Source of the DNA: a virus
DNA: 64,000 bases
Virus record (IMG/VR): IMGVR_UViG_3300043446_003177
Location: 64,001 to 128,000 of that record
Reading direction: 5' to 3' (one strand)
Positions 26,647 to 39,100 of this stretch are shown here, one piece after another; within the stretch, counting starts at the first letter, position 1, and each line of letters begins with the position of its first letter. The notes under the pieces are model-generated. The model saw nothing but the letters and a program-made list of their open reading frames with translations. It searched no databases and was not told the DNA's origin. The position numbers and the translations under genes are program-made.

Positions 26647-26749
26647 GTCAAAACCGAAGAAAAGTCGTCAAGGACAAGGTAAACATACTAAATATTCAGC
26701 AAGCAGCCGTAATGGCGCTGGAAAACGTTACCGAGGTCAAGGTAAATGA
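26606..26749 (+). CDS. 47-aa very basic conserved cyanophage peptide
   Basis: GGAGG RBS; KKSRQGQGKHTKYSASSRN...RYRGQGK. Confidence 0.75.
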   Translation: MAKRPALGNKIVIESKPKKSRQGQGKHTKYSASSRNGAGKRYRGQGK

Positions 26750-26895
26750 GCGAACCTACAGAATATAAGTGGGAATGCGGAAAAGTTAATGGGGGTAATC
26801 CTATTGTGACTTCATATTATGATAGTCCCGATATGCCCACACCAGTAGAAAACAGAGAAACTACAGAAACTCCTGTAGAGTCTTCTCCAGAATAA
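26746..26895 (+). CDS. small hypothetical protein
   Basis: ATGA coupling; ends just before the terminator. Confidence 0.5.
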   Translation: MSEPTEYKWECGKVNGGNPIVTSYYDSPDMPTPVENRETTETPVESSPE

Positions 26896-26902
26896 GAATC
26901 TT

Positions 26903-26926
26903 AAGGGCGCTTCGGCGTCCTTTTTT
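26903..26926 (+). terminator. rho-independent terminator with cUUCGg loop
   Basis: AAGGGCGC-TTCG-GCGTCCTT followed by a T run. Confidence 0.85.
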
Positions 26927-26944
26927 ATTAGCCGGATTCTCTCT

Positions 26945-27544
26945 ATGTATTACCTAGATTCCAAAGATGAATGGGAGTCTATACATTCAAAAGATTTGTG
27001 GGTTTATAATAAATTGTTTCTGAGTCATCGTCTTGGATATCTTTGTGGACCTCCAGGAGTCCCAGTACCAACACCAGGACATTATATTGTGCGTCCATCT
27101 TTCAATTTATTGGGTATGAGTCGGTTTGCTCGTATAGAATGGATAGAATCCTCTACAGAGCACCTTCATCCGGCTGAATTTTGGTGTGAAATCTTTGAAG
27201 GAGAACATATTAGTGTTGATTTTCAAAATCGCTTACCAGTTCTTGTTGTACTTGGTGAAAGAGATCCGGAAAATCCTCTATATAAATGGAAAAAATGGTC
27301 CAAAATTAACCAAAAAATCGAATTTCCTCCAATTTTATCGGAATTGGAAGGAAACTATGAGTGGATTAACTGTGAATTTATCGGAAATCGACTCATAGAA
27401 GTTCATTTTAGACAAAATCCAGATTTCAGATATAATAATAGTGTTGCTATTCCAGTCTGGGACGACCAAAATGGGCAAAATTTTGAAAAATATACGTTTG
27501 TAGAGGATAAAGATTACTTAAGAAAAGGATTTTTTGTTGATTAA
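26945..27544 (+). CDS. hypothetical protein (possible ATP-grasp-like fold)
   Basis: YIVRP, FWCEIFEGEHISVD, INCEFIG..LIEVHFR.NPD. Confidence 0.65.
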   Translation: MYYLDSKDEWESIHSKDLWVYNKLFLSHRLGYLCGPPGVPVPTPGHYIVRPSFNLLGMSRFARIEWIESSTEHLHPAEFWCEIFEGEHISVDFQNRLPVLVVLGERDPENPLYKWKKWSKINQKIEFPPILSELEGNYEWINCEFIGNRLIEVHFRQNPDFRYNNSVAIPVWDDQNGQNFEKYTFVEDKDYLRKGFFVD

Positions 27545-27589
27545 CGGGATAGAACCCCGTAAAAAGTTCTGATTTATCAAAATCAGGAG
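27544..27589 (+). promoter_or_regulatory. putative RNA pseudoknot plus SD-sequestering hairpin
   Basis: ACGGG/CCCGT stem; loop TAGAAC pairs with GTTCTG; CTGATTT/AAATCAG hairpin reaches into AGGAG. Confidence 0.5.
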
Positions 27590-27595
27590 AAAAAA

Positions 27596-27778
27596 ATGAA
27601 TCAATCCGAAAAAAGTCAAATGTTGCGCGAAATTTCGCACGACGACTTAACCCCCAAAAAGCACAATTTTGAGGTTCAGAACGAAATTCACGAAAAAATT
27701 AGAAATGATGATGATTATGATGATTGGGAGTATGGAACTGAACCCATTTACGCATCAAAAATCATCAAAGAATCGTAA
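27596..27778 (+). CDS. conserved small cyanophage protein
   Basis: MLREISHDDLTPKK...DDYDDWEYGTEP. Confidence 0.7.
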   Translation: MNQSEKSQMLREISHDDLTPKKHNFEVQNEIHEKIRNDDDYDDWEYGTEPIYASKIIKES

Positions 27779-27784
27779 TAAATA
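27776..27784 (+). promoter_or_regulatory. T4-type late promoter
   Basis: TAATAAATA about 20 nt before gp25. Confidence 0.7.
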
Positions 27785-27804
27785 AGATAGAATTGTACTA
27801 TTAA

Positions 27805-28206
27805 ATGCCAGTAGAGAGAGTCAGTAAGGCTTTTAAAGATACTAGTTTATCTTTTCAGGTTAATCCCCTGAATAAAGATCTTATTGCTCTCAAAAATGAA
27901 ACTGCAATTTCTAGATCCGTTAAAAATTTAGTATTGACCAATAGAGGTGAAAGATTTTTTGATCCTTTTTACGGATCTAGAATTAAAAAATTGTTATTTG
28001 AAAATATGGATGAAATTACGGCAAAATATTTGGAAGATGAAATTAAGTTTGTAATAAACAATTATGAACCTAGAGTATCTTTAAACTTTGTCGAAGTAAC
28101 TCCAAACTATGATATTAATCAATTTGATGTGTTGATCGATTATAGAATTGTTGGTATTGATGCAACATCTCAAGAATTATCATTTGCTTTACTACCTACA
28201 AGATAA
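27805..28206 (+). CDS. gp25: baseplate wedge subunit
   Basis: AISRSVKNLVLT..GERFF.P..GS...YEPRV. Confidence 0.92.
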   Translation: MPVERVSKAFKDTSLSFQVNPLNKDLIALKNETAISRSVKNLVLTNRGERFFDPFYGSRIKKLLFENMDEITAKYLEDEIKFVINNYEPRVSLNFVEVTPNYDINQFDVLIDYRIVGIDATSQELSFALLPTR

Positions 28207-30132
28207 ATGCCACTAGTAAACTTTACAAATTTAGATTTCGATCAAATCAAAGTTACGCTCAGAGAGTATCTAAGAGCGAACTCAAACTTTACTGACTATG
28301 ATTTCGATGGATCTAATTTGTCGGCAATTTTAGAAGTATTAGCATATAACACTTATATCAATGCTTACAATGCTAATATGATTAGCAATGAAGTGTTTAT
28401 TGATAGTGCTACTCTTAGAGAGAATATTGTAGCACTTGCAAGGAATATTGGGTATATTCCAAGGTCAAGAAAGTCAGCAAAAGCAACAGTAACCTTCAGC
28501 GTTAACACCAGTAACATCGGTCTTACAGAAGATCCAGTTACTTTGACTTTAAAAAAAGGAATAGTTTTTACATCTGAGAATGTATTTGGAGAAAATTATG
28601 TCTTTTCCATTCCACACGACATTACAGTTCCCGTAGTCTCAAATATTGCAAACTTTGATCAGATTGAAATTTATGAAGGAACGTATATAAATGCAAACTT
28701 TACATATCAATCAAATAATCCAAATCAAAGATTTATATTAAATAACCCAAATATTGATACATCTTTAATTAATATCTTAGTAAGAGATAACGAACAAAGC
28801 ACCGTATCTAGAAATTATAATATTGTCGATAACTTATTTGGAGTCACCTCAACATCAAGAGTTTGCTTTATACAAGAAGTAGAAGATCAAAGGTATGAAC
28901 TAATTTTTGGTGATGGTAAATTTGGAGCAGCACTTGAAAATAACAATTATATTAATGTATCATATGTTGTTACTAATGGACCTTCTGGAAATAACATCTC
29001 AGCGTTCAACTATAATGGAAGAATTTTAGATAACAATGATAATATTATAACTTCAGGAATATCTGCTATTCAAACAAATACACCTGCTCAAGGTGGTGCT
29101 GAAATTGAATCCGTATCTTCTATCAGAAAATATGCTCCAAGGATATATTCGGCACAAAATAGAGCAGTGACTGCTGCAGATTATGAAGCGATTATTCCAA
29201 GAATTTATAAAGATACTGAGTCAGTATCTACTTTTGGTGGAGAAGAATTGGATCCACCACAATACGGAAGAGTTTATTTGGTGATTAAACCAAAGTCAGG
29301 AAGTTATCTACCTAATAGTATAAAAGAAAATTTAAAAAGAGATTTAAAGAAATACAGTGTAGCTGGAATTATTCCAGAAATTATTGATCTTAAATATCTT
29401 TATGTTGAGGTCAATTCAACGATTAATTATGATTCAAATTCTGCTCCAAGTGCGAATTATGTTTCCTCATTAGTTCAAAAAAATGTTAATAGTTATGCAC
29501 AGTCATCTGAATTAAACAAGTATGGGGCAAAATTCAAGTACAGTAAATTTTTAAAAATAATTGACGAAAGTCATGAATCTATTACATCTAACATAACTAG
29601 AGTTCAGATGAGAAGGGATTTGAGACCTATTCTAAATTCATTTGGTGAATATGAAATTTGTTATGGAAATGAATTTTATGTTAAAGACTCTTGTAAAGGG
29701 TTTAATATAAAAACATCTGGATTTAAAGTGTCTGGAATATCCGGAACAGTTTATATGACTGACCTACCAAGAGCAGGTGGAAAAACGGGAACTATTTTCT
29801 TGTTCAAGAAAACTTCCAATAACAATTATGTTGTTTTAAGGAAATCCATAGGAAGCGTCAATTATGTAAAAGGAGAAATAAAACTAAAACCTATTAATTT
29901 TATTTCAACGAGTAAATTTAAAGGAGCTCCTATTATAGAAATTTCAGTTTCTCCTAAATCAAATGATATTATCGGAAAACAGGATCTTTATCTTCAACTA
30001 GATATTAATAGTAGTAAATTCAATTTAATTCCAGATGATATTTCATCCGGATCAGATCCTGCAGGATCTAACTTTTATAAAAAAAATTCTAACCTACTTT
30101 CAAGTTATTCAACTGGGGAATTAACGAGATAA
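28207..30132 (+). CDS. gp6: baseplate wedge subunit
   Basis: LDFDQIK, FTDYDFDGS, FGDG, QNRAVTAADY. Confidence 0.95.
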   Translation: MPLVNFTNLDFDQIKVTLREYLRANSNFTDYDFDGSNLSAILEVLAYNTYINAYNANMISNEVFIDSATLRENIVALARNIGYIPRSRKSAKATVTFSVNTSNIGLTEDPVTLTLKKGIVFTSENVFGENYVFSIPHDITVPVVSNIANFDQIEIYEGTYINANFTYQSNNPNQRFILNNPNIDTSLINILVRDNEQSTVSRNYNIVDNLFGVTSTSRVCFIQEVEDQRYELIFGDGKFGAALENNNYINVSYVVTNGPSGNNISAFNYNGRILDNNDNIITSGISAIQTNTPAQGGAEIESVSSIRKYAPRIYSAQNRAVTAADYEAIIPRIYKDTESVSTFGGEELDPPQYGRVYLVIKPKSGSYLPNSIKENLKRDLKKYSVAGIIPEIIDLKYLYVEVNSTINYDSNSAPSANYVSSLVQKNVNSYAQSSELNKYGAKFKYSKFLKIIDESHESITSNITRVQMRRDLRPILNSFGEYEICYGNEFYVKDSCKGFNIKTSGFKVSGISGTVYMTDLPRAGGKTGTIFLFKKTSNNNYVVLRKSIGSVNYVKGEIKLKPINFISTSKFKGAPIIEISVSPKSNDIIGKQDLYLQLDINSSKFNLIPDDISSGSDPAGSNFYKKNSNLLSSYSTGELTR

Positions 30133-30136
30133 TAAT

Positions 30137-33100
30137 ATGGTCAAATCAAGAGTAAAAGTTGCGACTGTTTTAGAAAGTCAACTTCCAGAATTTATCAAGG
30201 AAGAGTATCCACTTGCTTCCGAATTTTTATCGCAATATTATAATGCTATAGAGCATCAAGGTGCCCCTCTTGATTTGTTGAATAATATTGACCAGTATGT
30301 AAAATTAGATAATGTTACTGGGTTAGCCAAAACAACTCATCTAACTTCATCTATTGAATTTTATGATAAGACAATAAAAGTAAATTCAACAGAAGGATTT
30401 TCAAACAAATATGGATTACTTCAGATTGGAGATGAAGTAATTACATACACAGGTATAACAACAAATAGTTTTACCGGATGTATTAGGGGATTTGTAGGAA
30501 TAACCTCTTTTAAAAATTCTTTAAAACCTGAAGAATTAGTTTTTTCGGAAACAAATGCTGCTAGCCACGAAAGCAGCTCTGTAGTTAAAAATTTAAATAC
30601 TTTATTTTTAGAAGAATTTTTACTTAAATTAAAAAGACAGTTTGCTCCAGGATTTGATGGTAGAACTTTAGTACCAAATTTAAATGAAAATTTATTCATA
30701 AAGCAAGCAAAAGATTTTTATTCATCCAAGGGAACTGATGAATCATTTAAAATTCTTTTTAAGGCTCTTTATGGAGAAGAGATTGAGGTAGTTAAACCAA
30801 GAGATTATTTATTCCAAGCATCAGATGCTAGATTTAAAAGCACAAAAGATTTAGTAGTTGAGGCAATTGTTGGTGATCCAAGAGACTTAGTTAATAAAAC
30901 TCTAATTCAAGATGAGACTGATTATTCAACTAAGGCATATGGATCTGTAGTAGATGTTGAAAGATTAGTTAAAAATAATAAAGAATATTATAAGATAAGA
31001 TTAGATTATGAATACGATAAAGACATTGCTTTGTCTGGATCAGTTTTTGGAAACTTCACCATTCACCCCAAAACAAAAATAGTCAATACTGAAGATATTG
31101 ATGAAGGATCATCAACAATATCAGTTGACTCTACTGTAGGATTTCCAAATTCTGGAACACTACTGCTAAAAATATCTTTATATGATGATAATGAACTTGC
31201 AAGTATTATAGAAATTCCTTTTACTTATACTGGAAAAACTATTAATCAGTTTTTGGGATGTCAGGGTCTTCCCGAAATTCTAACAAAAAATGAATATGAA
31301 GTCAGAATAAACGATTATGCATATGGACTAACCGATAGTGGAGATCAAGTCAGAGTAAGAGTATCTGGTGTTTTATCTGATCTTGATATCAAAACAAATA
31401 CATACTTGTGCGAATCTGGAGATGATATTAATATTATCTCTCTTGGTAAAGAAGGGTCATCTTCACGCGAAAATAGTTGGGTATATAACATCCCAGTAAC
31501 TTATGCAATTAGATCTATTACAGTTACTTCTTCAGATCCAACTTACAGAATAAGAACTTTTGACCCCCATATAATTTCTAGATTTGATTCGGTAATTTTA
31601 GAATCTGCTGATGGCGTCAAAAAAATTGCAAAGGTTTTAAGAGTAAGTAGTGATGATAGTTTTATCATTGGAGATCAAGGGACTTTAAATTTAAATACAT
31701 CTTATACTGTAACCAGAAGAATTGCTAAAGTAAATACTTTAAATTCTCCAGAATCTAACGTATATAATGCAAATATTCAAAATGTTTATTTTGGAGAAGA
31801 TGATGAATTATATGTAGCTTCAACTTCACTACCAAATTACCAAGAAAGTGTAGATGTTAGAGATTTATCAAAAACTTTTAATGGATCATTCGCCAATACA
31901 GAAATTATAGATATTGGCCCTAATAGTTTTTATACAGGCGATTCAGTTGTTTATAGACCAGGGCCAGAAGGAAATAGGTTAGATCTTGCTGAAGGTGTAT
32001 ATTTTATCAAAAAAATTGATGAAAGAAATATTAAATTATCCAGAAGTAGATCAAATATAAACACAGAGTCTTTTGTAAAGGTTACAGGAAACTTATCTGA
32101 AAATGCAAATAAATTTGAATATTTTGATTTTTCTTATCAAAAACTAGAATCTCAAAATATTATTAGAAAAGTTTGTAATATAACAAACGATTCTAAAACA
32201 TATAAAACAACATCAGGATCTATTGGTATTTTAAAAAATGGAGTTGAGGTTCTCAACTACAAGTCAAAAGATTCTATTTTTTATGGACCAATTGAATCAA
32301 TAGAGGTTTTATCTGAAGGATCTGGATATGACGTTATAAATCCACCGATTTTACAAATTACAGATCCAACTGGAACTGGATGTACTGGATATTGTGCAGT
32401 AACAGGAAAATTAGAAAGAGTTGACATATTAGATAGAGGATTTGACTATCTAGAAAATCCAACTATTACCATATCCGGAGGAGACGGATCTGGAGCTAGA
32501 ATAACTGCAAATTTAATATCAGTAGACCATGAAGTAACTTTTAACTCAACCGAAAAGGGTGGGTTAATTGATGTAGCAAATAGTATAATTGGATTTTCAA
32601 CTGATCATAAGTTCAGACATGGAGAAAGAGTATTTTATTATACAAACAATCAAAGAGCTATCGCAGGATTAACAACTGATGCTTCATATTTTGTATCTGT
32701 TCTTGATTATAAAAGGGTTAGACTATATAAGGAAAAAAATGATGCAATTTCTAGAAGCGACAATTATGTAGGAATTGGAACAACATTTGGTGTTGGAAAT
32801 CATGCATTAAAGTCTGCAAAAAAGAAAAAAATAATAGGATCTGTTAATATCATTTCACCAGGAAGTGGGTATAAAAATAATAAAACTGCAGTAGATACGA
32901 ATGATACTCGCAAGTTTAATGATATCATTATCCCCTTAGATACGATTAAGATCAAAAATCATGGGTATTCTAGCGGAGATATAGTTGTATATGATCCACC
33001 AGCACAACCAATAGGTGGTCTAGCTGCTACATCTTATTATCTAACAAAAGTAGACGCCGACAATTTCAAACTATCCCAACTAGGATCACCTGGACAGGAA

Positions 33101-36100
33101 AATTTTTATTACAGGACTAAACAATATGTTAATCTAACTTCAAAGGGAGTTGGAATACATACTTTTAATCACTTACCAATTACTATAAAAGTATCTGGTA
33201 GATTGGGAATTGGTACAACTGGAAATGATAAATATCAAGCAGTTTTAAATCCAATTTTTAGAGGATCAATTACTTCAGTAAATGTTGTTAATGTTGGATC
33301 TGGATATGGTTCTCCTGATATTATTAACTTTAATAAGCAACCAATATTTGATCTAATTAGAGGATCTTCCGCACAATTAATTCCGATTGTTGCTGATGGT
33401 CGAATTAGAGATGTATTAATCAATTATTCTGGAACAAATTATAACTCCACTCCTAATATTATTATTGAAGGAAGTGGTAGTGGGGCTGTTCTTGTACCAA
33501 TAATTCAGGATGGAATATTAGTTGATATTAAAGTACTTAACGGTGGATTTGGATACTTACAAAAAGACACTAAAGTTACAATAATTGAAGCCGGATTTGA
33601 AGCTTCTTTTTCAGCCAAGATTAAGCAATGGACAATTAATATTTTTGAAAGACTTTCAAGGACTAACGAATTAACATTGGATGATGGAATAATTGCAAAT
33701 GGTTTAAATCCAAATTATGGTTTACAGTATTCGCATGTATACGCACCAAGACCACTAAGAAGGATTCTAAACGCGGTTACTGTTAACGATAGTGGAAGTA
33801 ACAATTACAGACCAGATATTGAATCTGATACAGACCCCGTTTTAAGATACCACTCTCCAATTATAGGATGGGCCTATGACGGAAATCCAATTTATGGACC
33901 ATATGGATATTCTTCCGTATCGGGTGGTACTGTAGTTAGAATGAAATCTGGATATATTTTGGATTTAGATCCAGATAGACCATCCACATTTCCTGCAGGA
34001 TTTTTTGTTGAAGATTATGTTTATAACGCTACTAATGGAAATAATGAAGAATATTTGGATGAGCATAACGGAAGATATTGTGCTACCCCAGATTTTCCAA
34101 ATGGAACATATGCATATTTTGCTACTATTTCCAATGAAACAGTTGAAACAGATGGACCCTTCAGAAATCAAAGAAAACCAGTATTCCCATACTTAATTGG
34201 AGATACTTATAAGTCAAAACCAGATTTATTTAACTTTAAAAAAGAATCAAATCAAAATGATTTAGATCTCAATAGTACCAATTGGACAAGAAATACATAT
34301 CCTTATAATTTTGCAAGATCAAGAACTTTTTATAATTTCTTAGAAAATCCATTAAGCGATGGTAATTTTATAAACGCTGAAGTTAAGAGTATTGGTAGAG
34401 GATTTGTATCTGGTATAGAAATTGTAAATCCTGGAAAAAATTATCAACCAAGAGATCAAATAGTATTTAATAACGAGAATACCTTCGGATCAAATGCCTT
34501 TGCGAAGGTTGAATCTGTTTTTGGTGTAGGAATTTCTACAGTTAGTACAGCATCTTCTACTATTAGTAATATTGAATTTGTACCATATGGTAAAAAAGGT
34601 AATTTTATTGCAATTAGTTCCATTCCACATGGTTATATAAATGGAGAGTATGTAACTATAAGTGGATTAAGCACAGATGGTACAGAATTAAAAGGATTTT
34701 ATACTGCAAATGTAGATACTACATATTATTCATTAAAGGTAGGTATTGAAACTGGAACAACAACCGGAATTGTTACTTATATTAGCATTGCAGGTCCATT
34801 AGATTATCCATATATTGAAGAAAATGATATTCTCGAAATAGAAAATGAACTTGTTAAGGTTTTAAACATTGAACCTGGAAGTTCACGAATTAGAATTTTA
34901 AGACAATACAATGGCACAGTTGCGACCGCACACTCAGCTTCATTAAATTTTTCAGACAGACCAAGAAGATTTGTAATTAATTCTGGATTTACTACAACAT
35001 TTGAATATGTAAGAAATAGAGAATATTATTTCAATCCAAAAGAGTCTGTTGGATTGGGAACAACATCTGGAGTTGGTATATCGTCAGCACTATTCTTTGG
35101 ATTAGATAATTTGAATGTTCCTGTAGGAATAGCTACAAGTTCAGCAACTGTTTTGTATTTTAAAAATGACTTTGATATCTATAAGTTTAATACTGGTGGA
35201 TATATTGAAATAACCAATACTACAACTGCAACTGGAATTGCAAGCACTGCTTTCCACAAACAGCATGTAAAAATAATTTCTGTAGGGTCAACTGCAATAA
35301 CTGTTAATTTCAATTCATCATCTTTACAAGGTGTCGGAGTAACAGCTTTTATTGGAAAAGAAAAATCAGAAGAAATACCAACAAAATCCATTTATATTCC
35401 AAATCATAATTTAATAACAGGAACTAGATTAGAATATAGTCCAAATCAAGGGTCTTCTTTGCTAGTTTCCTTGAATGGAATAACTACATCTTTAACTCAG
35501 TTTTCTTCACTTTATGCGATCAAGATTGATAAAGATACGATAGGAATTTCTACAGTAAGAGTTGGGTATGGTTCCACTGGAATTATATCTGGAATAGGAT
35601 CTACTACAACTACCAATCCACAATTAGCATTTGTTGGATTTGGTACGGGAGTATACCATAGTTTCAAAACAAAGTATGATAATGTTGTTGTTGGAGATTC
35701 CACTATCAACAGAGTAACAGTCTCTACTGGGGAAACTCATGGTCTTGTAGTAGGCAATTCTATTAATATGAATCTAGTGTCCACATCTACTACTACAATT
35801 GTTGTTCAATATAATGATGAAAATAGAAGAATTGTATTAAATCCAAAATCTTTTGTATCTGCTAATGTAAATACACAAGAAAGTTCGATTCAAATTAATG
35901 ATCATGGATTCTATGATGGTCAAAAAATCATATATGTAGCATCCAATCCATTAACCCCTATTGGAGGTCTGACTAGCAATGGAATATATTATGTAATCGC
36001 AATTAACAATAATAGTTTTAAACTTGCTGCAAGTAAGAGTGATGCTACTAGAAAAATTCCTTTATATATTAACTTAACCTCTGCATCTGATGGAACTATA

Positions 36101-39100
36101 TATCAGATAAATCCAAGGATACGAGTATACAAAAATCAAAAAATAGAGTTTGATTTATCAAGTTCCACACTCTCATATAACTTCAAATCTGCATTTAATT
36201 TCTCATTATATAGAGATAAGAACTTTAAACATATTTTCAAATCTGATGAAAAAGATACAGTATTTGAATTATCATATTCTGGACCTATTGGTATTTCACC
36301 CGTAGCTAAAGCAATATTAACAATAACTGACAATTTCCCAAGAAAATTATACTATAAGTTGAATCCAATAGATATTGCAACTTTATCTGACGTTAAAAAA
36401 GATATTATCATTGATAATGAAGTTGAAGATAGAAACGCTATTGAAATCATAACTAGCAAATATAATGGAGAATATCCAGTACTTGGTATTACAACTAATA
36501 AATTTGTTTATCCAATTCCAGAAAAACCAGAGAAAATGGTTTATACGAATTTGATAGATTGTAATGCAAAATATTCTACAAAAGCGTTAAATGCTTATGG
36601 TTCCATTGCTACGATTAATATCAATAGTAAGGGACAGGGTTATAAGTACGCTCCAGGAATATCTTCTATAATTTCAGATTATGGATCTCAAGCTGTTTTA
36701 AGAGTAAGGACAAATAATATTGGAAGAATAAAAACTGTTAAAATTAATAATATTGGATTTGATTATCCATCAGATAAAACTTTAGGTCCTACTGCAAAAC
36801 TACCACAAATACTAAAAGTAGATGTTCTTTCTATAGTAGATAGAATAGGAATTAGTTCTGGTGGAAAAAATTATATAAAAAATCCAAAATTAATTCTTTT
36901 AGATGGTTTAACTTTAAAACCAGTAAAAGATATTGATTTAAGTTATAAAGTTGGAAATCCAACTGTAAAAATTCTTAAGAATACTGACGGTATTAATAAT
37001 GTAACTCCTATTATAATCCCAACAAAAAATCCAAATGGAGTTAAAATTAACTACATTACATTTGATTCTGGATCAGGAATTGCGACTGCTGGAATTGCAG
37101 TAAGTTATAGCGATGCTAAAGATTTTCCTTTCAACGTTGGTGATAAAATTTTAGTCGAAAACACTCAGATTATCCCCAAATCTGGTAAAGGATTTAACTC
37201 CAAGGATTATGATTATCGTTTGTTTAATATAGTAAGCACAGATCCAAACATTGGGGGAGAAAATGGATCAATAACTTACGACATGAGTTCTATTTTGCAA
37301 GATGGTTATCTTCCAGGAACATATGATACGATTAACTCAATAGGATCAATAGTACCCGAAAAATATTTCCCCAAATTTAAAATTACTCTAAAACAAAGAG
37401 ATTTTAGAACTGGAGAAACTATTAGATCTGGAACTAAATCGGCAAAAGTTGAAAAATGGGATGATCAAAATAACTACTTAAAAATTTCTGGAAATCAAAG
37501 TTTCTTAGAAGGGGATTTAATTTTTGGAAGATCTAGTAGAACAAAAGCAACAATTTCGGAAGTAGTTTCTTTTGATTCACAATATAACATTGATTCTTAC
37601 AGCATTTCTCCAGCTGGATTCTTCAGAGAAACTGGGTTCCTAAACAATAATCTACAAAGATTGCATGATAATGAATATTACCAATATTTTTCATATGCAA
37701 TAAGTTCAAAAATCCCAATGGATGTTTGGGATGAACCAGTATCAACTCTAAACCATACTTCTGGATTTAGAAAATTTAGTGATCTTAAGGTTGAATCTTT
37801 TGATTCTGCTTATGCTGGGATAACTACATCTCAAGATGAAGGATCTTTCTTTGGAATAAATGATATTACAAGAACTGTAAATATTAACTGTGTTAATGAT
37901 TTTGATCTTGCAACAGAAAATTCAATTTTAATAGACGATGAATTGACTTCCAATCAAATTATCTTTGCAACTAGAATTATACAAGATTATTCTGAAGCGG
38001 TAACTAATAAAGTCTTAATCATTGATGATATTAGTAGTCAATTTACTTCCGAAAATGAAGATATAACTTATTCTGTAGCAGACAGGGTTTCTGATATTTT
38101 TGATTTTACAAGCAAAGTAACTCAAAAGTTACTAACATTTGTGAAGGATAAGAGATTTGTCGAGAAAAGACAACTTTCAAACGTTACCTTAATTCAAGAT
38201 AACTCAAGTGGATATATCAATGAATATGGTAAAGTTTACACTGACGAAGATTTAGGATCTTTTGATGTTATTACTTATTATGATACTTCTGATATTGTTT
38301 TTGTACCAAATCAATCTAAAGAAAACTCTTATTCTGTAGATATTCTTTCGTTTAATCCAAGTTATACTGAGTCTGTTTCTGGAATATCTTCCTTAAACAT
38401 CGGAAGCAAAGTTAACATAAAATCGAATAAAATTACATATAGTGGAACAGGATCTAAGACAATCGTTGGTATTGCATCAACATATAGATCTGCAAAAATA
38501 CTAGTTGAAGTTGTTAATGCTCAAAACAAAATAGAATTTAATGAATTATCTTTAGTTCATGACGGATCTTCAGTATCACTTCTAGAATATGGAAAATTAA
38601 ATAATAACAAATCATATGGAACAGGTATTGGAACTTATGGTGCCGATCTTTCCTCTAATAATATATTTGTTAAATTCTATCCAAATGAAAGTGGAATTGG
38701 AACTGTAAAAGTTCTATCAGTTTCTATCGCAAATACATCTACTACTGGACTATCAACATATAAGTTGAGCAATTCTATTTTGAATAGCAATACGATTGGA
38801 ATTGCATCAACATCTTCTCCAGGAATAACTACAATAGCATCTTACACTCACTTATCTTATGGTGAAAATTATGGTGGCGCATATTATATTGTAAGTGTTT
38901 CTGATAAATTAAATAATAGACACCAAATCTCAGAAGTTGTCGTAGTCGATGACGGTAATGATGCGGTTTATGTTGAATATGGAAACAATTCAACATCTAT
39001 AGGACTTGGTACAGTTGGCGCAGGAGTTACTAATTCAACGACTAATTTATATTATACTCCAATATCTAATACTGCGGTTGAAGTAACTGTTTTCCAATCG

